From Desulfomonilia bacterium (GTDB lineage Bacteria; Desulfobacterota; Desulfomonilia; UBA1062), in NCBI GenBank assembly GCA_050014195.1, contig JBEKDT010000009.1, positions 96,001 through 160,000 on the forward strand: a stretch of 64,000 bases of DNA. The letters run 5' to 3'. The notes beneath the pieces were generated by a model that saw only the letters and a program-made list of their open reading frames with translations, was not told the DNA's origin and made no database searches. Each line of letters opens with the position of its first letter. Position 1 is the first letter of the stretch. The position numbers were made by a program, and so were the translations under genes. Below, one piece after another: positions 61,035 to 64,000 of the stretch.

Positions 61035-62083
61035 TTATAGTCGGCCCTCCTTAATGCAAGGCCCACGGCCACAGCCATCTGTGGTGCAATATAGGCCATA
61101 TATTCCGGGTCAAACACTCTATCGTCCCATTTGATATTATTGAACGGGTTGACCAGTTCTACGGGGATCTCCATCTGTTTCTCAAGAAGCTTGATGATCC
61201 CGGGTATCCTGCTGGATCCGCCGCTCATGTATATCTTTTCTATATTCTCGTTAACCATGGTAGACAGGAAAAAGTCCAGTGTCCGCCTGATCTCCTGCAC
61301 ATAGGTTTCCGCCGCCATTTTGAAGATGTAGTTGATCTTCTCCAGGTCTATGCCTTCGATATTTGCGCCGGTCTTAATGTTCTCGGCCCGTTCGTAGCTC
61401 ACGCTGAATTCGCGTTGGATCCTTTCTGTGAGCTGCCTGCCACCCATTGAGATATCGCGGGCAAAGATTGACATACCGTCTTTGAGTACATTGATGTTGA
61501 TCATCGATGCCCCGGCGTCCACGAGTGCCACGATGCTTTCGGCTGCATCCGGATAGTTTATTTCATACATCGTTTCAAGCGAGAATACATCGATATCCAT
61601 GAGCATGGGCTTTAGACCTGCATTTCTGACTGCTGAAGTGTAATCGTCAACGAGCTCTTTCTTCGCTGCAACAAAGAGCACATCCATCATATCTGTGCGC
61701 TCCAGGCTCTCACCGAGGATGAAAGAATCCAGATACACATCATTGATGTCAAAGGGTATGTACTGTTCAGCCTCGAGAAGTAACGTCTGTCTGAGCTCGC
61801 CTTCACTCATGAGAGGGAGCTCGGCCTTCTTCACGATCACGGAATGGCCGGATATCGCAGTAGCGGAACCGCGGACTCGAACCTTCAAGTTCTCCCTAAG
61901 ATTCTTGATTGTATCCACTACCGTCTCAGAGTCCATGATATCCTTGTCCACGATGCATTCGGCGGGGATCAGGCCAAGACCTAATGACTTCAGTTGGTAG
62001 CCGCTCCGTGTCTTGGCTATATCCACCATTTTAATTGATTGTGAACCGATATCCAAGCCAAGCAGATTTTTCTCAAAAAACAT
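61028..62083 (-). CDS. pilM: Type IV pilus actin-like protein
   Basis: GLDIGS..IK, EAEQYIPF, DAGA, SGGSS, AVGLALR. Confidence 0.93.
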   Translation of the reverse strand: MFFEKNLLGLDIGSQSIKMVDIAKTRSGYQLKSLGLGLIPAECIVDKDIMDSETVVDTIKNLRENLKVRVRGSATAISGHSVIVKKAELPLMSEGELRQTLLLEAEQYIPFDINDVYLDSFILGESLERTDMMDVLFVAAKKELVDDYTSAVRNAGLKPMLMDIDVFSLETMYEINYPDAAESIVALVDAGASMININVLKDGMSIFARDISMGGRQLTERIQREFSVSYERAENIKTGANIEGIDLEKINYIFKMAAETYVQEIRRTLDFFLSTMVNENIEKIYMSGGSSRIPGIIKLLEKQMEIPVELVNPFNNIKWDDRVFDPEYMAYIAPQMAVAVGLALRRADYKW

Positions 62084-62098
62084 TGTACCACCCCGCGA

Positions 62099-62386
62099 TC
62101 AAGACTTTTTCTTTTTGAATACCACGATGGTATCTCCGGGTCTTACCAGGTTCAGCTCTTTCACAATTACATTCTCTATGTATGCCATATTGTCTTTCAG
62201 CATGGTTGCTTCCTGTGTGAGTGCAGCATTTTCCAGCTCGAGTTGGGCATTGCGGCTTTTCAGAGTGATAAGCTCGCGATGGAGTTGATAGCCTCGGATG
62301 ATCCCTTTTTCCCCAGGTAGAGTGAACACGAGCAGTAGCGCGATAACCAAAATCAGGCCATACGTTAAGGAGCGCGTAACTGTCAT
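62099..62386 (-). CDS. FtsB/DivIC-family septum formation initiator-like protein
   Basis: TM + GEKG + leucine zipper + YIE.....EL.LVRPGD. Confidence 0.75.
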   Translation of the reverse strand: MTVTRSLTYGLILVIALLLVFTLPGEKGIIRGYQLHRELITLKSRNAQLELENAALTQEATMLKDNMAYIENVIVKELNLVRPGDTIVVFKKKKS

Positions 62387-62454
62387 TGTCAGTATTATAT
62401 CCTATTAGTAATGGAATCGCATTAAAAATCAATTCTTCCCTATGCATAGCCTAT

Positions 62455-62482
62455 CTATCGGGTCAACGAAAGTGAATCTTTA
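62455..62482 (-). promoter_or_regulatory. sigma28-like promoter of ftsB-like/pilMNOPQ
   Basis: TAAA-GATTCACTTTCGTTGA(16)-CCCGATAG. Confidence 0.6.
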
Positions 62483-62574
62483 GGGAAATATCAAATTGGT
62501 AACAGCACTTGAGAAAGACATGAAAAAGGGCTTAACCGGTTACCATGTCGTAATGAGGATTCCCATCCTGCAGA

Positions 62575-63228
62575 TCATCTTGAAATCCGATAATGAATCC
62601 CCGTCGTAAGACCCATGAGAAATCCGCCGATATGGGAGAACCAGGCCACGGTGCTTTGAGAGTGCAGGCTTAAGTATCCATGTGCGCCTTGGAGGATGAA
62701 CCAGATGAGGATGAAGAAGATGGAAGGGACCTCGATGATCTCAAGCAGAAGGATTAATGGGATTATGGTAAGGATTCGGCCTTTCGGGTTCAGAATGAGA
62801 TAGGCCCCCATGACGGCGGCAATGGCCCCTGATGCGCCTACAACGGGGACAGATGATTGGGGATGGACTATGGTATGTGCATAGAAAGCAGCAATGAGCG
62901 CTGCGTGGTAGAAGATCATGAACTGTACTATTCCGATGTTCTTTTCCACGGGTGGACCGAAGACGGAAAGGAATATGAGATTCCCGATAAGGTGGATATA
63001 GCCCGTGTGAATGAACCCCGATGCCAGGATGGAGAGGTGGATCTTCAAGAAACCCGGAGAACCTTGTATGAGGAATCCTGTGATGTCGGCAGGGCTTGCA
63101 CTAAACATATGGAATATTTGCCCGCCAAACCTGAGCTCCTCGATGAACATAGCAAGATTCAAGATTATAAGGCAGGCGGTAGCAGGTGCAAAACCTCTCG
63201 GGACAGTGGTATCCCTTACCGGGATCAT
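62575..63228 (-). CDS. Rhomboid family intramembrane serine protease
   Basis: MIPVRD, FIH.G..HL.GN, GASGAIA, AWFSHIGGF. Confidence 0.9.
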   Translation of the reverse strand: MIPVRDTTVPRGFAPATACLIILNLAMFIEELRFGGQIFHMFSASPADITGFLIQGSPGFLKIHLSILASGFIHTGYIHLIGNLIFLSVFGPPVEKNIGIVQFMIFYHAALIAAFYAHTIVHPQSSVPVVGASGAIAAVMGAYLILNPKGRILTIIPLILLLEIIEVPSIFFILIWFILQGAHGYLSLHSQSTVAWFSHIGGFLMGLTTGIHYRISR

Positions 63229-63474
63229 ATCCCTTTTGTCCCTCGATCAGTACTGCCGAGGCGGGTGAGCCCTATGTGAATGCAGGTGATTAAGAATTCG
63301 GTAATGGGCACAAGCGCATGAGATTGATAAGCGCTGTAAATCACCATGATCATCCACCTCGAATTCAACTGACATTTACCTGATGAAGCATTACCATGAA
63401 AAGGACCTTGGAGCAAGGTGATCGCATCGCCCTATCTTGCCGAGTACCTGCTTTGTGGTATATAGGTTCTTGTC

Positions 63475-63693
63475 ATGAGACAATTCGCTAACCCGTTAAT
63501 CTTTGCAGGCATTATCCTGGTCCTGCTCGGCATCTTTTTCAGCATGGGAGGCAGCTTGTCATGGCTGGGAAGGCTGCCCGGCGATATCCGGATCACCAGA
63601 CCGGGATTTAATTTCTATTTTCCTGTCACGACATCCATACTCATAAGCATCGCAATAAGCCTGGTATTATACCTTATCAGGTATTTCAGGTAA
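63475..63693 (+). CDS. DUF2905 small membrane protein
   Basis: LGRLPGDI......FYFPVTTSILIS. Confidence 0.85.
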   Translation: MRQFANPLIFAGIILVLLGIFFSMGGSLSWLGRLPGDIRITRPGFNFYFPVTTSILISIAISLVLYLIRYFR

Positions 63694-63698
63694 GAAGC

Positions 63699-64000
63699 GT
63701 GTCCATAGACAACTTCATTGCATGGTTTGTCCGCATGAGCTCAAAGGCTTGCTTTACCTTTGATGATAGTTCACCAGTGTTTCCTCTTGTTGCGCCTTGT
63801 AGACCGATTCACCTGTATATGCACATCCCGTTCTGTGTTCAGCTCTGTCCTTACTGCTCGTTCCACCGGTATCCCTTTGAGGAGGATGCGGTGAGGGCAT
63901 ATTTTAAGGCCTTAAGGAAGGAGCTTATGATTTATGCAGACATGGGTTTTCGTTTTTCATCCGTATATGTCGGTGGGGGTACTCCAACGGTACTGATGGA
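63699..64000 (+). CDS. HemN/HemW-family radical SAM protein, 3'-truncated by window edge
   Basis: GTG 63699 frame reads LYMHIPFCVQLCPYCSF ... YVGGGTPT. Confidence 0.85.
   Translation, partial: MSIDNFIAWFVRMSSKACFTFDDSSPVFPLVAPCRPIHLYMHIPFCVQLCPYCSFHRYPFEEDAVRAYFKALRKELMIYADMGFRFSSVYVGGGTPTVLM

Noticed and set aside
63225-63416. 63-aa ORF upstream of the rhomboid gene
   Set aside because: No RBS or motif; probably divergent promoter region
1-64000. CRISPR array, rRNA, transposase, integrase or prophage genes
   Set aside because: No regularly spaced repeats or diagnostic motifs seen by eye

Overview
This 64 kb window comes from a probable Deltaproteobacteria/Desulfobacterota-type genome (inferred from gene content and order). 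1-17.1 kb is the distal part of an AT-rich, mosaic surface-polysaccharide locus: AsnB amidotransferase, Wzy/ligase, glycosyltransferases, phospho-sugar transferase and PglF-type dehydratase. It carries two unusual tailoring modules. One is PIG-L deacetylase + PaaK-like CoA ligase + two LpxD-like acyltransferases + a KamA-family radical SAM enzyme lacking both lysine-binding Asp residues. The other is TylF O-methyltransferase + aldo/keto reductase + TPP E1 alpha/beta without E2. 17.2-40 kb is mostly housekeeping: tadA, 2 tRNA-Ser, ffs, dnaX, tRNA-Met, GH57, rsmE, PEP-CTERM-type TPR and sugar transferase, map-hisG-hisI, lpdA, pfk, a PopZ/RomR-C-like acidic protein, valS, birA. 40-64 kb holds pilBTC and pilMNOPQ (both behind sigma28-like TAAA-N16-CCGATA motifs), an HD-GYP regulator, a Ser/Thr kinase + DUF5677-like islet beside tRNA-Glu/Lys, and ftsH-folP-acpS-tsaE-lysC-cimA. 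Several short gene-deletion scars (GT/wbqC, galT, possibly tsaB) and a candidate structured RNA upstream of valS were also seen. No CRISPR array, rRNA, integrase or transposase was recognised. All calls are by eye from motifs; no searches were run.
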